Sequence record: DRR378314_630
Direction: 5' to 3' (one strand)
Length of the DNA: 56,996 bases
Under the pieces are notes generated by a model. The model did not search any database. It was not told where the DNA came from and was given only the letters and a program-made list of their open reading frames with translations. Shown piece after piece: positions 24,954 to 35,476 of the stretch. Positions within the stretch are counted from its first letter, which is position 1. Every line of letters starts with the position of its first letter. Both the position numbers and the translations under genes were made by a program.

Positions 24954-26735
24954 TCAGCGGTCCACGTCAGCCATCACAAAATCGATACTGCCCAGGTGGG
25001 CGATCAGGTCCGGCACAAAGCCACCACGCATCACCGCCGGTATCTGCTGCAGGTGCGGAAAACTGGGGGTGCGTATGCGGGTGCGGTAACTCATAGTGTT
25101 GCCGTCGCTGGTCAGGTAATAACTATTGATGCCCTTGGTGGCCTCAATCATCTGCAGGGATTCATTTGGCTCCAGCACCGGGCCCCAGGACACCTGCAGG
25201 AAATGGGTGATCAGCGTCTCGATGTGTTGGAGCATGCGCTCCCGGGGCGGTGGTGTGGTCAGCGGATGATCCGCCTTATAGTCTCCCGCCGGCATGTGAT
25301 TCACACACTGCTGGATAATCCGAAGACTCTGTCGCATCTCATCAATACGCAACTGGCCGCGATCAAACACATCGCCGTTATGGCCCAGCGGCACTTCAAA
25401 ATCGAACTGTTCGTAACCGGAGTATGGCCGCTGTTTGCGAAGGTCGAAGTTGCAGCCAGTGGCCCGCAGGTTAGGCCCGGTCACTCCCCATTCCAGCGCT
25501 TCGGCGGTGTTGAAGGCCGCCACATGGCGAGTACGCTCGCGCACGATGGCGTTTTCCATCATCGCCCGTTCGTATTCCTTCAGGCGCGCGGGCATCCAGT
25601 CCAGAAAGCCCTGCACCAGTTTTTCCCAGCCCTGGGGCAAGTCCTGCATCACGCCCCCAATCCGATACCACGCCGGGTGCATGCGAAAGCCGGTAATGCC
25701 CTCAATCACCTCATAGCCCCGCTGCCGGTCACTGAACGTGTAGAACACGGGAGACATGGCGCCCAGGTCCTGCAGGTAGGTGCCCAGAAACAGCAGGTGA
25801 CTGGTGATGCGAAACATCTCGGCCATCATCACCCTGATGACTTTCACCCGGTCCGGCACGTCAATGCCCGCCAGTTTTTCCGCCGCCAGTACATAGGGCA
25901 GATTGTTCATCACCCCGCCGGTGTAATCGATGCGGTCGGTGTAGGGAATGAAGCTGTGCCAGGACTGGCGCTCGGCCATTTTCTCAGCACCCCGGTGGTG
26001 ATAGCCGATGTCCGGCACGCAGTCGACAATCTCCTCGCCATCCAACTGCAACACGATGCGGAAAGCACCATGAGCGGACGGATGATTAGGGCCCAGGTTC
26101 AGAAACATGAACTCGGCGCCGTCCCGCTCCCGCTGCATGCCCCAGGCTTCCGGCTCGAACCGCATGGCTTCCTGCTCAATGTCCTGTCCCTCCACCGTCA
26201 GCGTGTAGGGATCGAACTCGGTGGCGCGTGCCGGATAGTCCTTGCGCAAGGGGTGGCCAGTCCAGGTCGGTGGCATCAGGATGCGTTCCGGGTGCGGATG
26301 GCCGGCGATGGCGATACCGAACATGTCCAGAATTTCCCGCTCGTACCAGTTGGCATTGGCGAACACTTCGCTGACGGTGGGCACTCGCAGATCGTGCTCT
26401 GACAGTGCCACTTTCAGCATCAGATCTTCATTCCGCTCCACTGACAACAGGTGGTAGAACACCGTGAAATCCGCCTCTGGCAGTCCCTTCCGGTGTCCAC
26501 GAAGGCGCTCGTCGACCGCCGACAGGTCGTACAGCATCGAGAACGGTGCAGGCTGCTGCTTCAGGTGTTTCAGAATGTCCACAATACGCTCGCGAGACAC
26601 CCAGAATACCGGCAAACCGGTCAGCGTGGGCTGCACGTGCAGCACGTCCTCCCGGAAGTGGCCCAGCAGGTTCTCGGTATTGGCGCCTTCAACGCCGGCC
26701 TGTGATCTGTCAACGGTGCCTGTCGTCATGGTCAT
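24954..26735 (-). CDS. nuoC: NADH-quinone oxidoreductase subunit C/D (fused)
   Basis: NuoC motif WYERE..GHPLRKD followed in frame by Nuo[21 protein letters not shown]. Confidence 0.95.
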   Translation of the reverse strand: MTMTTGTVDRSQAGVEGANTENLLGHFREDVLHVQPTLTGLPVFWVSRERIVDILKHLKQQPAPFSMLYDLSAVDERLRGHRKGLPEADFTVFYHLLSVERNEDLMLKVALSEHDLRVPTVSEVFANANWYEREILDMFGIAIAGHPHPERILMPPTWTGHPLRKDYPARATEFDPYTLTVEGQDIEQEAMRFEPEAWGMQRERDGAEFMFLNLGPNHPSAHGAFRIVLQLDGEEIVDCVPDIGYHHRGAEKMAERQSWHSFIPYTDRIDYTGGVMNNLPYVLAAEKLAGIDVPDRVKVIRVMMAEMFRITSHLLFLGTYLQDLGAMSPVFYTFSDRQRGYEVIEGITGFRMHPAWYRIGGVMQDLPQGWEKLVQGFLDWMPARLKEYERAMMENAIVRERTRHVAAFNTAEALEWGVTGPNLRATGCNFDLRKQRPYSGYEQFDFEVPLGHNGDVFDRGQLRIDEMRQSLRIIQQCVNHMPAGDYKADHPLTTPPPRERMLQHIETLITHFLQVSWGPVLEPNESLQMIEATKGINSYYLTSDGNTMSYRTRIRTPSFPHLQQIPAVMRGGFVPDLIAHLGSIDFVMADVDR

Positions 26736-26740
26736 GATCG

Positions 26741-27418
26741 TCAGAGTTTGTCCGGCGTTCGCAATTCCGTGGCCTGGATACGCTGATCCCGCCACTTTTC
26801 CCGCTGAGAGGGCATGTCTGCCCGATAGACGCCCTGATCACCCACCACCCAGGATAAGGGACGGCGTTCCTCCTGAATGGAGTCCTGAAGCAACTGCAAT
26901 CCCTGCAGGAAGGCCTCGGGGCGTGGCGGGCAGCCCGGTACATAGACATCCACGGGCAGAAACTTGTCCACGCCCTGCACCACTGAATAGATGTCGTACA
27001 TGCCGCCGGAGTTGGCGCAGGAGCCCATCGAGATGACCCACTTGGGTTCCAGCATCTGGTCGTAGAGTTGCTGAATGACGGGGGCCATCTTGATGAAACA
27101 GGTGCCGGCAATCACCATGAAATCCGCCTGGCGGGGCGATGCGCGGATCACTTCCGAGCCAAAACGGGCAATATCATGGGGCGCGGTGAAGGCCGTCGTC
27201 ATCTCTACGTAGCAGCAGGACAACCCGAAATTGTAGGGCCACAAGGAATTCTTCCTGCCCCAGTTAACGGCGGAATTGAGAACCTCGCTGAGCTTGCCGG
27301 TGAACACGTTGCGCTCAAGCTGACGTTTGACCGGGTCCTCCGACGGCTCCTGTTGTCGTGGCGGATACCGTCTGTCGCCTTCTGGCGATGGTTCCGCCCT
27401 GGTCAATGTGTAGGACAT
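26741..27418 (-). CDS. nuoB: NADH-quinone oxidoreductase subunit B
   Basis: [26 protein letters not shown]. Confidence 0.95.
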   Translation of the reverse strand: MSYTLTRAEPSPEGDRRYPPRQQEPSEDPVKRQLERNVFTGKLSEVLNSAVNWGRKNSLWPYNFGLSCCYVEMTTAFTAPHDIARFGSEVIRASPRQADFMVIAGTCFIKMAPVIQQLYDQMLEPKWVISMGSCANSGGMYDIYSVVQGVDKFLPVDVYVPGCPPRPEAFLQGLQLLQDSIQEERRPLSWVVGDQGVYRADMPSQREKWRDQRIQATELRTPDKL

Positions 27419-27490
27419 GCTGCGCCTCCATGGGCGCGGTGCCGGACGATGATTTCATCGCCGGCCCGCGCCTTGAACGGGTGCGTTGAA

Positions 27491-27907
27491 TCAGCCTGCC
27501 GGACTACGAGGTCTACCGCTGGATGATTCCGGTGCCCAGTCCAGGGCACCGGTACGACTGTCATAGAGCAGACCGGCCAGCAGAATCAGGATAAACACAG
27601 CCGCACCCCAGAACCCGGTCCAGCCTACGTCAGGGATGACGATGGCCCAGGCAAACAGGAACACGGCCTCAATGTCGAAGATCACGAACAGCATCGCGAC
27701 CAGATAGAACTTGACGGAAAAGCGCTGTCGGGCATCGCCAGTGCCGACGATACCGGACTCGAAAGGGAGGGATTTACTGACACCCTGGCTACGTCCTCCA
27801 AGCACACTGGAGGCGCCTACCATGAAAGCACAAAGGCCCAAGGCGGCAACGATAAAGAAGCCGGTAGCCCAGTAGCGGACCAGCAAGTCAGTCACGGTGT
27901 CTGCCAT
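27491..27907 (-). CDS. nuoA: NADH-quinone oxidoreductase subunit A
   Basis: PFESG, FYLVAMLFVIFDIE, GALDW. Confidence 0.95.
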   Translation of the reverse strand: MADTVTDLLVRYWATGFFIVAALGLCAFMVGASSVLGGRSQGVSKSLPFESGIVGTGDARQRFSVKFYLVAMLFVIFDIEAVFLFAWAIVIPDVGWTGFWGAAVFILILLAGLLYDSRTGALDWAPESSSGRPRSPAG

Positions 27908-28008
27908 GCGCTCTCCCCAGAAATCAGGTTGAAGCCTGACTAAAACCTAACAGTGGATTGGCGATTGCGCAAATAATGAGCGGCGAAAATCAATGACCTG
28001 CAATGCGT

Positions 28009-28236
28009 TCAGTTGTCCCTCACCCCCAACCTGTCCAGGTAAACATGAAGCTCAGCCTCGCTGATGTTGACGTATTCCACCACCCGGCCATAGAGCATTA
28101 CCGTCGGTACATTGCGCCCGTTCAGTTCCCGCTGGGTTTCCTGCAATACATAGAGAATGATCCGCTCCGTGCGGGTCAGTCCATCGCGGGCGTCAGGGAT
28201 GGTTTCCAGCAGGGTATCCATTTGTTCAGGCGTCAA
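28009..28236 (-). CDS. small hypothetical protein, possible winged-helix
   Basis: 75 aa ORF with GAGG upstream; helical LTRTERIIL pattern. Confidence 0.55.
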   Translation of the reverse strand: MTPEQMDTLLETIPDARDGLTRTERIILYVLQETQRELNGRNVPTVMLYGRVVEYVNISEAELHVYLDRLGVRDN

Positions 28237-28311
28237 TGAACGTTCTACCTCATAGTCGAAGCGCTGCTCTCACCAGCGCACTCACCCACTCCAGTGAATG
28301 ATCGGTCGGGA

Positions 28312-28325
28312 TTGATCTGAGTCAA
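28312..28325 (+). promoter_or_regulatory. FNR/Anr-type binding box upstream of USP gene
   Basis: TTGAT-CTGA-GTCAA (9/10 to TTGAT-N4-ATCAA); candidate -10 TGTTACCTT at ~28346-28354. Confidence 0.65.
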
Positions 28326-28387
28326 CCCTGTCGCGCCAGCCTCAATGTTACCTTGACACTATACCCATCGAGCATGGAGGGAACATC

Positions 28388-28828
28388 ATGACGAAAGAAA
28401 CTCCGAGCATAGTTGTCGCTTGTGACGGTTCAGAGCAGTCGTTGCGTGCGGCTAAAACCGGTGCCGAATTAGCCAAAGCTACCGGTCATCCGCTGAAGTT
28501 GCTATCGGTATTTCCGAGCTCAAAGGCAGAGCGGCTTGTCATCAGTGGCGTACGGCCCGAGGAGCTTGAAGAAAGAGAAGCGCAATATGGCCGTGACGTC
28601 TTTGATGCCGCGAGAAAGGCCGTAAGTGCCCATCTCGCCCCCGTAGACGTGGTTCTCCTCAAGGGTGATCCTGCCCACGAGATCATTGAGTACCTGGAAG
28701 CCAACCCCGGCACACATCTGGTTCTGGGAAGACGAGGCCATTCCCTGGTCCGAAGCCTGACTCTGGGCAGTATCAGCGAGAAGGTCGTGCGGCACGCCAG
28801 CGGGCCGGTCACCGTGGTAAGCGAATAA
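28388..28828 (+). CDS. universal stress protein
   Basis: IVVACDGS, LGRRG..LGSISEKVVRHASGPVTVV. Confidence 0.92.
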   Translation: MTKETPSIVVACDGSEQSLRAAKTGAELAKATGHPLKLLSVFPSSKAERLVISGVRPEELEEREAQYGRDVFDAARKAVSAHLAPVDVVLLKGDPAHEIIEYLEANPGTHLVLGRRGHSLVRSLTLGSISEKVVRHASGPVTVVSE

Positions 28829-29003
28829 CCCAGCCTCCACCAGGGCTCCAGCCAGTCTGCCCGGCACAACGCGCAGGCTGGTTGGCCAACGCCTGCCGTC
28901 AATCCCGTGACTGCACCCTTTTATTCAAGCGACACCGTCACTACAGTGTGTCCACGTAACCTCCCAAACTTCCTCTGATAGTCAGACAAGCGGGGACGGA
29001 CGA

Positions 29004-30251
29004 TTGATGCGAAATACCATCATCAGCCTGACGTCACTGATCCTGAGCATCATTCTGCTCATCGCGGGTAACGCTTTCCTCATGACCCTGCTGGGGCTCA
29101 GGCTCAGCATCGAAGACTTCAGCGCCAGCGTAATCGGATGGATCCTGGCGTTCTATTCCATCGGCTTTGTGGCCGGCACGCTCTATGCCGGGCGTATCAT
29201 TGAAAAGGTGGGGCACATCCGGGCGTTTGCGGTTTTCGCCGCAGTGCTTTCTGCCTCGATACTGATTTATCCAATGGCCGTCCAGGCCGGTCTCTGGGGT
29301 GGCCTGCGCGCTGTGGGCGGCTTCGTAATGGCCGGCCTGATGATCGTGATGGAAAGCTGGTTCAGCAGCAAAGCCGACAACCGCAACCGGGCCAGCCTGT
29401 TCGCCATTTATCAGGTCATCTTCTTCCTATCCACCGCCGGTGGTCAGGTGCTGATCCGCGTCGCTGACCCGGCGGGCTTTATTCCCTTCTCCCTGGCAAC
29501 CATCCTGGTGGTGCTCGCCCTCACGCCCCTTGCGATGACCCGTCGGGAGTCACCGTCTGTGTCCCAGGGTGAACGCCTGTCGTTGCGCAAACTCTATAGC
29601 AAGTCGCCGACCGGCACCCTAGGCGCCCTGATCGCCGGGCTGCTCATCAGCGCCTTCTACGCCATGGGGCCGGTGTATGCTAACCAGATCGGCCTGGACC
29701 TGGGGCAGCTTTCCAACTTCATGGCCTCCGCCATCGTGGCTGCCATGCTGCTAGCCTGGCCCATCGGGCAACTGTGCGACCGTTTCGACCGATACCGGGT
29801 GATGCTGGTGGCCGCCATTGTCGCCGCCGTGTGTAGTCTGGCAGCCGCCGCCATTGGCAGTATCAGCATGGTGGCGCTGGTATTGTTCGTAGGGCTGTAC
29901 ATGGGCATCAGTGCCGCCATCTACCCAATCGCCGTAGCCATCACCAACGATCTGATGGAAACCCACCAGATCACCGCTGCCAGCACCGCATTGTTACTGA
30001 GCTACGGGATTGGCAGCATTATCGGCCCGCTGATCAGTTCCCTGTTCATGGACGTGCTGGGGCCACGGGGCCTGTTTGTCAGCAATGCACTGATGCTGGG
30101 AGGACTGATCCTGTTTATGGTCGCGGGACCGAAGCGCCGCCACCCAACGGTGGAGCAGCAGGAGCAGTATTACACCGTTACGCCGGAGGCGGCATTGGGG
30201 ATGGAGGAGCTTGACCCCCGGAACACGGAGTTTGAGTCACGTGACACCTAG
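29004..30251 (+). CDS. MFS transporter (YcaD-like)
   Basis: VGHIRAF, ESW, WPIGQLCDRFDR; 12-TM pattern. Confidence 0.88.
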   Translation: MMRNTIISLTSLILSIILLIAGNAFLMTLLGLRLSIEDFSASVIGWILAFYSIGFVAGTLYAGRIIEKVGHIRAFAVFAAVLSASILIYPMAVQAGLWGGLRAVGGFVMAGLMIVMESWFSSKADNRNRASLFAIYQVIFFLSTAGGQVLIRVADPAGFIPFSLATILVVLALTPLAMTRRESPSVSQGERLSLRKLYSKSPTGTLGALIAGLLISAFYAMGPVYANQIGLDLGQLSNFMASAIVAAMLLAWPIGQLCDRFDRYRVMLVAAIVAAVCSLAAAAIGSISMVALVLFVGLYMGISAAIYPIAVAITNDLMETHQITAASTALLLSYGIGSIIGPLISSLFMDVLGPRGLFVSNALMLGGLILFMVAGPKRRHPTVEQQEQYYTVTPEAALGMEELDPRNTEFESRDT

Positions 30252-30319
30252 CATTTGCCAGCTCAGCCAAAAAGTCGCAACAGCATTCGTTCTTTGGGTC
30301 AGACGACCCTTGACCTGCA

Positions 30320-30778
30320 TTAACCTTCATTTCTGCCCCATATACGCCCCATGATCAGATAGCTGAACGACGCCGACCAAGTCACCATCATAAACCCGAC
30401 CAGCGCTTCTGTGCCGGCCAGGAAACGCACGTGTCCGGACGCGGCCAGATCCCCCCAACCGACCGTGGTGAAGGTAGCGGCGGAGAAATAAACACAGTCC
30501 CATAGCCCCAACTGCGTATAGCCGCTGATGTCACCCAGGCCTTCCTGGCCCAGCAAATACCAGAACGCCAGGCCAAAGAACCATATCTCCACCACATGGG
30601 CCAAGAGCAAGACGAACATGGTCGCGAGAATCACCGGCCGGTGCCGGAACTCGCGGTTCGACACGGTGGGCTGGCGCGGATACAAACCGTTGAGTATCCG
30701 AAGCACCTCGAAATGAAAGACGATGGCAACGCCAACGACCAGCGTTGTAACCAATACAACAACAATCTCACCACTCAC
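30320..30778 (-). CDS. small ion-channel (Ion_trans_2-like) protein
   Basis: YFSAATFTTVGWGDL pore-loop-like motif between TM helices. Confidence 0.8.
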   Translation of the reverse strand: MSGEIVVVLVTTLVVGVAIVFHFEVLRILNGLYPRQPTVSNREFRHRPVILATMFVLLLAHVVEIWFFGLAFWYLLGQEGLGDISGYTQLGLWDCVYFSAATFTTVGWGDLAASGHVRFLAGTEALVGFMMVTWSASFSYLIMGRIWGRNEG

Positions 30779-31073
30779 AACATGCGCCCTCTATGCTTAC
30801 AGTCTGCGTTTTCACCACGGATCTGCCTCAATCTGACCAACGACAAGCTCGGTAGAGCCTCGTCACCCTTGGTCCAGAATTCCATGCCCTCACCAGGGTA
30901 CTGGTTACAGCATAGCCCGTTGTGTAAGGGAGACGACACCGACAAGAAAAGCCCGTTAACTTCGCTACAATGCATAGTGCTGGTGCAGTAAAACTTTTTA
31001 CGCAGTCTTTGTGTATCAGCCAACAGAAGGAAGGAGTGAATCATCTATCATTAAGCTAAAAGGGACATTTCCG

Positions 31074-31703
31074 ATGAACATGGTACCTGCTCTTTCGAAG
31101 TACTCAGCCTGCATTACCCTCGCTGCCAGTCTGATTTTTGCTGGCAATGCACTCTCCCAGGAATCTACCCAGCACACATCGGCCGATACCTCAGATTCGT
31201 TTATTTCCGAGAAAGGGGTTCCCGGTGGTGTGGAAATAAAGACTGCACGCATGGAAGCAACCGTCCGGGAGATAGACTTCGAAGCCCGGACCGTTACATT
31301 GGAAGACCGTGATGGCGCCCAGCAGACCATTGCCGTCGGCCCGCAAGTAGTCAACTTTGATCAGATTGAGAAAGGCGATCAGCTTTCAATTCTCTACCAG
31401 GAAGAAACCGTGGTTCGTCTTCGGGCGTCTGATGAAGAAGCGGCTGGTGGTGCAGGATCGTTCTCCGGCGCTGCTGCAGAGGGCGAAAAACCCGTCGCTT
31501 ATTCACGGGGCCTCGTTAAGATCACTGTTGTGGTTAAAGACGTAGATCTGGAGAACCACACAGCCACTTTGGAGTTCCCGGATGGCAGCACTCGCGAGGT
31601 TGCGGTACGCGATGACGTGGAACTGAGCAAGGATCAGATTGGCGAGGAAATCATCATTCAGAAAACAGTCTCTTTCGCTGTCTCTGTTGATAAGCAGGAG
31701 TAA
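31074..31703 (+). CDS. secreted hypothetical protein with two beta-rich repeats
   Basis: Signal peptide; internal repeat VREIDFEARTVTLE / VKDVDLENHTATLE. Confidence 0.65.
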   Translation: MNMVPALSKYSACITLAASLIFAGNALSQESTQHTSADTSDSFISEKGVPGGVEIKTARMEATVREIDFEARTVTLEDRDGAQQTIAVGPQVVNFDQIEKGDQLSILYQEETVVRLRASDEEAAGGAGSFSGAAAEGEKPVAYSRGLVKITVVVKDVDLENHTATLEFPDGSTREVAVRDDVELSKDQIGEEIIIQKTVSFAVSVDKQE

Positions 31704-31828
31704 CGAGCCCTTCCCGGACACATGCGCCATAGGTCAAATTCCGGACTGGCGCCCAAACCATCGCTGAACCGGGCATCGTCATAGGTGTCGCAGAAATCAG
31801 CGTGACATGTGTAATCAATTTGGCAGGA

Positions 31829-33136
31829 TCAACGCTCTGCTAACCATTCCCTCAAACGCATACCCAAATGGGATTGGGGATACGACCAGTTCTCCTCCTC
31901 CATACCAATCTCCTCCTCCCATGTACGGATCTGTTGGTTGATCTCCTCGAACATTGCATCAGGGTGGGTCAATGACAGCCCCACACTCTGATAAACCGCC
32001 TTGGTAAACCAGGTCATCTCCGAGTCATCGCCGCAGCCGAAAGAGGTGCGGTCTGCCCGGGCGGAGGTCATGATCAGTGTGTCTTCGTCCTTAAGCGGCT
32101 CAATCCACTGGCCGGAGTAACATGCAGAAATCACCAGAAGCTTTCGGCGCACATTCAGAGGTTCCAGCATTTCCGAAAAATCCGCGGGCGAGAGGTTTGG
32201 CAATTCAATACCGGGTTGCTGCAACAGCAGTTGCCCGTTTTGCAAACCATGGCTGACCAGGTGAACCACCAACAGGTCCTCCTCGGGATTCATCTGCGCA
32301 TCCAATGCCTCCAGAGATTCGGCAATGGACGGTCGCGTAGCCAGGGGAAAGGTCTCATAATCCCGGTGATTGAGCAGCATGATGGCGCGGTTCTCAACAT
32401 CGAACTGCGCCTGAAGGCCGGTTCTGGCAACCTGGATATCGCGCTTGAACACGGATTCCGTACCATCGCCACCCACGGCCAGGAAATAGGCGTCTGCCAC
32501 GCCCGCCTGTTCCGGGGCCAGGCTCTCGATCTGATCGTTCAGGCGCTGACGGTCTTCAGCGAGAATGGTTTCAGTAAGAGGTGCTGGTTCTTCCGGGACC
32601 GGTACGTCTGCGACGTATTCTTCCTGATCGACGAATTCACCGAATTCCCAGGTTCCCGTCAGACTGCCCAGATCCTCCGATTCACCGGTGAAGGTGTAGG
32701 TGCCTTCGCCATGGTAATACCAGTCCCGAAACTCCCCTTCATAGGTGCCGTAGTCGGTAACATGTTTACCTTCCACGGGGTTGCCATCTTCAAACTCAGC
32801 GATATAGACGCTGCCGCCATCTTCGAAAACGCCCTGTCCCGACATCGTACCGTTCTGGAACTCGCCCTCGTAATGCCAGCCCGCCGGGGATTCCAGCTCG
32901 CCTTGGCCATGCCAGTAGCCCTCCCGGAACTGGCCGGTATAGATCATGCCGCTGGTAAACTCCTGAACGCCCTCGCCGTGGAAAAATCCGTTCTGGATGT
33001 CACCGGAATAGGTGCTGCCGTCCGGAAGGCGAGCGTCAGGCGGAAGGAGCGGTGGCGCATCGCAGGCGGTGAGCAAAAGCATTGCGACAAGCGGAAGAGC
33101 TTGCCGCAGAGGGCTTGATAAAACGGGCTTTCTCAT
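31829..33136 (-). CDS. C13-family peptidase lipoprotein with MORN repeats
   Basis: Lipobox LTAC; YxGxF..HGxG MORN repeats; SHG and SACYSG dyad, SFGC. Confidence 0.85.
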   Translation of the reverse strand: MRKPVLSSPLRQALPLVAMLLLTACDAPPLLPPDARLPDGSTYSGDIQNGFFHGEGVQEFTSGMIYTGQFREGYWHGQGELESPAGWHYEGEFQNGTMSGQGVFEDGGSVYIAEFEDGNPVEGKHVTDYGTYEGEFRDWYYHGEGTYTFTGESEDLGSLTGTWEFGEFVDQEEYVADVPVPEEPAPLTETILAEDRQRLNDQIESLAPEQAGVADAYFLAVGGDGTESVFKRDIQVARTGLQAQFDVENRAIMLLNHRDYETFPLATRPSIAESLEALDAQMNPEEDLLVVHLVSHGLQNGQLLLQQPGIELPNLSPADFSEMLEPLNVRRKLLVISACYSGQWIEPLKDEDTLIMTSARADRTSFGCGDDSEMTWFTKAVYQSVGLSLTHPDAMFEEINQQIRTWEEEIGMEEENWSYPQSHLGMRLREWLAER

Positions 33137-33699
33137 CCGATCTCCTGTGTATCCGCCGCCTTCGGCGCACTGAGTGCCTTGCTGTAATACCCTGAAGGAT
33201 CAAAACAGCAAACCCGCCGCTTTCCCGAGGCCAGCATGTCACACGCATCGCTGATCCGCTTCGTGCGGGTCTTGGCTTGCTTGGCTGAGACAACCCAATG
33301 AATCCAGTCCAGCCGTGCGATGGTGGTGGTGTCCTCCCAAACGGCCCGAGCCTCCGGGGCCGCTTCCAGCGCCTCTTGCAGGTCCGAGGGAACCTCAGGC
33401 TCCGGCTCCTGGTCCACCGGCCTGATGTCCAACTCGACAACATCACCGGCGCTCACACCCGCGGCGTCGAGGTGTTCGTTGCTCACCTTCAACCAATGGC
33501 TCAATTGCCCATCGGGCTCAAGCGTCACCTGAAAACAATGACCGTTGAGGGTGGCCTCTACCGTTGTTCTTCCGCGCCTGGGAAGCTTTTCGCTTGCCTC
33601 CCGGGGCAAGACCGTAAACGCCCAGGATGAGTCATCGCCCGGCTTGGCCGGGCGAAGTAACTCTGTTTCGAACTGAGAGGTTGTGTTGCTTTGATCCAT
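33133..33699 (-). CDS. DUF1905 / YdeI-OmpD-associated family protein
   Basis: VPSDLQEAL..WIHWVVSAKQAKTR. Confidence 0.8.
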   Translation of the reverse strand: MDQSNTTSQFETELLRPAKPGDDSSWAFTVLPREASEKLPRRGRTTVEATLNGHCFQVTLEPDGQLSHWLKVSNEHLDAAGVSAGDVVELDIRPVDQEPEPEVPSDLQEALEAAPEARAVWEDTTTIARLDWIHWVVSAKQAKTRTKRISDACDMLASGKRRVCCFDPSGYYSKALSAPKAADTQEIG

Positions 33700-33768
33700 G
33701 CCAAATCCCTCCAAATACGTCTTGCGCTGTCTCCAGTGTCGGTCGCCGATATCAGCAGAAGTCGTCGC

Positions 33769-34509
33769 CTACGCTTCTCTGGCTTGAAACTGACGATCCC
33801 AGGATCGTTCAAGTGCTTCAAAAAGGCTATCCGCCGTAAGCGCAAGCAATCCGATCAGAATCGCCCCCTGCAGCACATACGCGGTATTGCCGTTCACCAG
33901 CCCGGCAATCACCGGATCGCCCAGGGTGCGGGCTCCAATGGTTGAGCCGATCGCGGCGGTCGCGATATTGATAGTAACAGAGGTTCGGATGCCCGCGAGA
34001 ATGACCCGTCCAGCCAGGGGCAGCTCTACTCGCACCAGGACTTGCACTGGTGACATGCCCATACCCAGCGCTGCCTCCCGTACTGCCGGATCTATGCCTT
34101 CCAGGCCTGCCAGGGTATTGCGCAAAATGGGCAGCAATCCATAAAGGATCAACGCAAGAAGAATCGGTGCTTCGCCGAAACCCAGCACCGGCACCGCCAA
34201 CGCCAGTACAGCCACCGGCGGAAAGGTCTGGCCAATGGAGGCCACCTGGCCAACCAGGGGCAGGAAATCGCGGCCAAAAGGACGGGTGACGAAGATGCCG
34301 CCAGCAACCGCAACGAGGGTACCCACAGCCGCCGATACGACGACCAGAAGCAGGTGATTCTGCAGCAGGAAGACAAAACTCTCCCGCTCATAGATCACCT
34401 GCTGCTTGTCCGGCTGCACCCAGCTAAACAATGGTTCGAGCACCGGCATACCTGCACTGAGCGTGCCCAGGAGCAAGGCCAGTACAATGGCAGGTAACCA
34501 GATACGCAT
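33769..34509 (-). CDS. osmoprotectant ABC permease (YehW-like)
   Basis: QTFPPVAVLAL, EAALGMGM EAA loop. Confidence 0.88.
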   Translation of the reverse strand: MRIWLPAIVLALLLGTLSAGMPVLEPLFSWVQPDKQQVIYERESFVFLLQNHLLLVVVSAAVGTLVAVAGGIFVTRPFGRDFLPLVGQVASIGQTFPPVAVLALAVPVLGFGEAPILLALILYGLLPILRNTLAGLEGIDPAVREAALGMGMSPVQVLVRVELPLAGRVILAGIRTSVTINIATAAIGSTIGARTLGDPVIAGLVNGNTAYVLQGAILIGLLALTADSLFEALERSWDRQFQAREA

Positions 34510-35456
34510 TACACGCCTTCCTGAATAATGCGTTCGCGGGTGATCACGCCCGTCTCCTGGCCCTGTGCATTGAACACTGCAACCTGCCGCAGATCCCGCC
34601 AGAGCATCACGGACAGGGCCAGGCGAATATTGTCCTCTTCCATGAGCATAGGCTCTCCGGGCTCAGACTGCCGTGGCTCCGTATGGGGCGCCATCAGGTC
34701 CCGCACGGGCCGCAGGCTCATCAGTTTCAGACCGCGGTCCTGCTTGCCGATCAGGTTCTCAACAAAGTCTGATGCCGGATACCGAAGGATGTTCTCCGGT
34801 GTGTCGTGCTGGATGATTCGCCCTTGATCCATCACGGCAATACGGGTGGCCAGCTTTAGGGCTTCATCAATATCGTGGGTCACGAAAACGGTGGTTTTAC
34901 GAACCTGTTTCTGGATCCGCAGCATTTCCAGTTGGAGGTTTTCCCGCGTTATCGCATCCAGTGCACCGAAAGGTTCATCCATCAGAAGTATGTTGGGGTC
35001 CGCCGCCAGTGCCCGCGCAACACCAACCCGTTGCGCCTGGCCGCCAGACAATTGCTGGGGGTATTTGCTGGCGTGGGCGGTGGGGTCGAGATCCAGCAAG
35101 GTCATCAACTCGTCGACGCGTGCATCGATCCGCTCCCTCGACCAGTTCAACAGCCTGGGCACCATGGCGATGTTGCGTGCCACCGTCCAGTGGGGAAACA
35201 ACCCCGTACCCTGGATCACATACCCCATGTTCAGCCGCAGCTGCTCCGGGTTCATGGTGGTAATGTCCTCACCATCCACCAATATCTCGCCGGCACTGTG
35301 GGGCAAAAGACGGTTGATCATGCGAAGCGTGGTGGATTTACCGCAACCAGAGCTGCCAACCAGCACGCAGACCTCACCGGTTTCAATGGTCAGGTTCACC
35401 CCATCCACTGCGATGGTATCGCCGAAGCGCCGGGAGACATTTTTCAGTTCAATCAT
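34509..35456 (-). CDS. osmoprotectant ABC ATPase (YehX-like)
   Basis: GSSGCGKS, LSGGQAQRV, MDEPFGALD. Confidence 0.9.
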   Translation of the reverse strand: MIELKNVSRRFGDTIAVDGVNLTIETGEVCVLVGSSGCGKSTTLRMINRLLPHSAGEILVDGEDITTMNPEQLRLNMGYVIQGTGLFPHWTVARNIAMVPRLLNWSRERIDARVDELMTLLDLDPTAHASKYPQQLSGGQAQRVGVARALAADPNILLMDEPFGALDAITRENLQLEMLRIQKQVRKTTVFVTHDIDEALKLATRIAVMDQGRIIQHDTPENILRYPASDFVENLIGKQDRGLKLMSLRPVRDLMAPHTEPRQSEPGEPMLMEEDNIRLALSVMLWRDLRQVAVFNAQGQETGVITRERIIQEGV

Positions 35457-35476
35457 CCAACCAGTTCCTTCCCCTA

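Noticed and set aside
31829-33136. C13 peptidase as a defence partner of the caspase cassette
   Set aside because: 20 kb away, an exported lipoprotein with no linkage evidence
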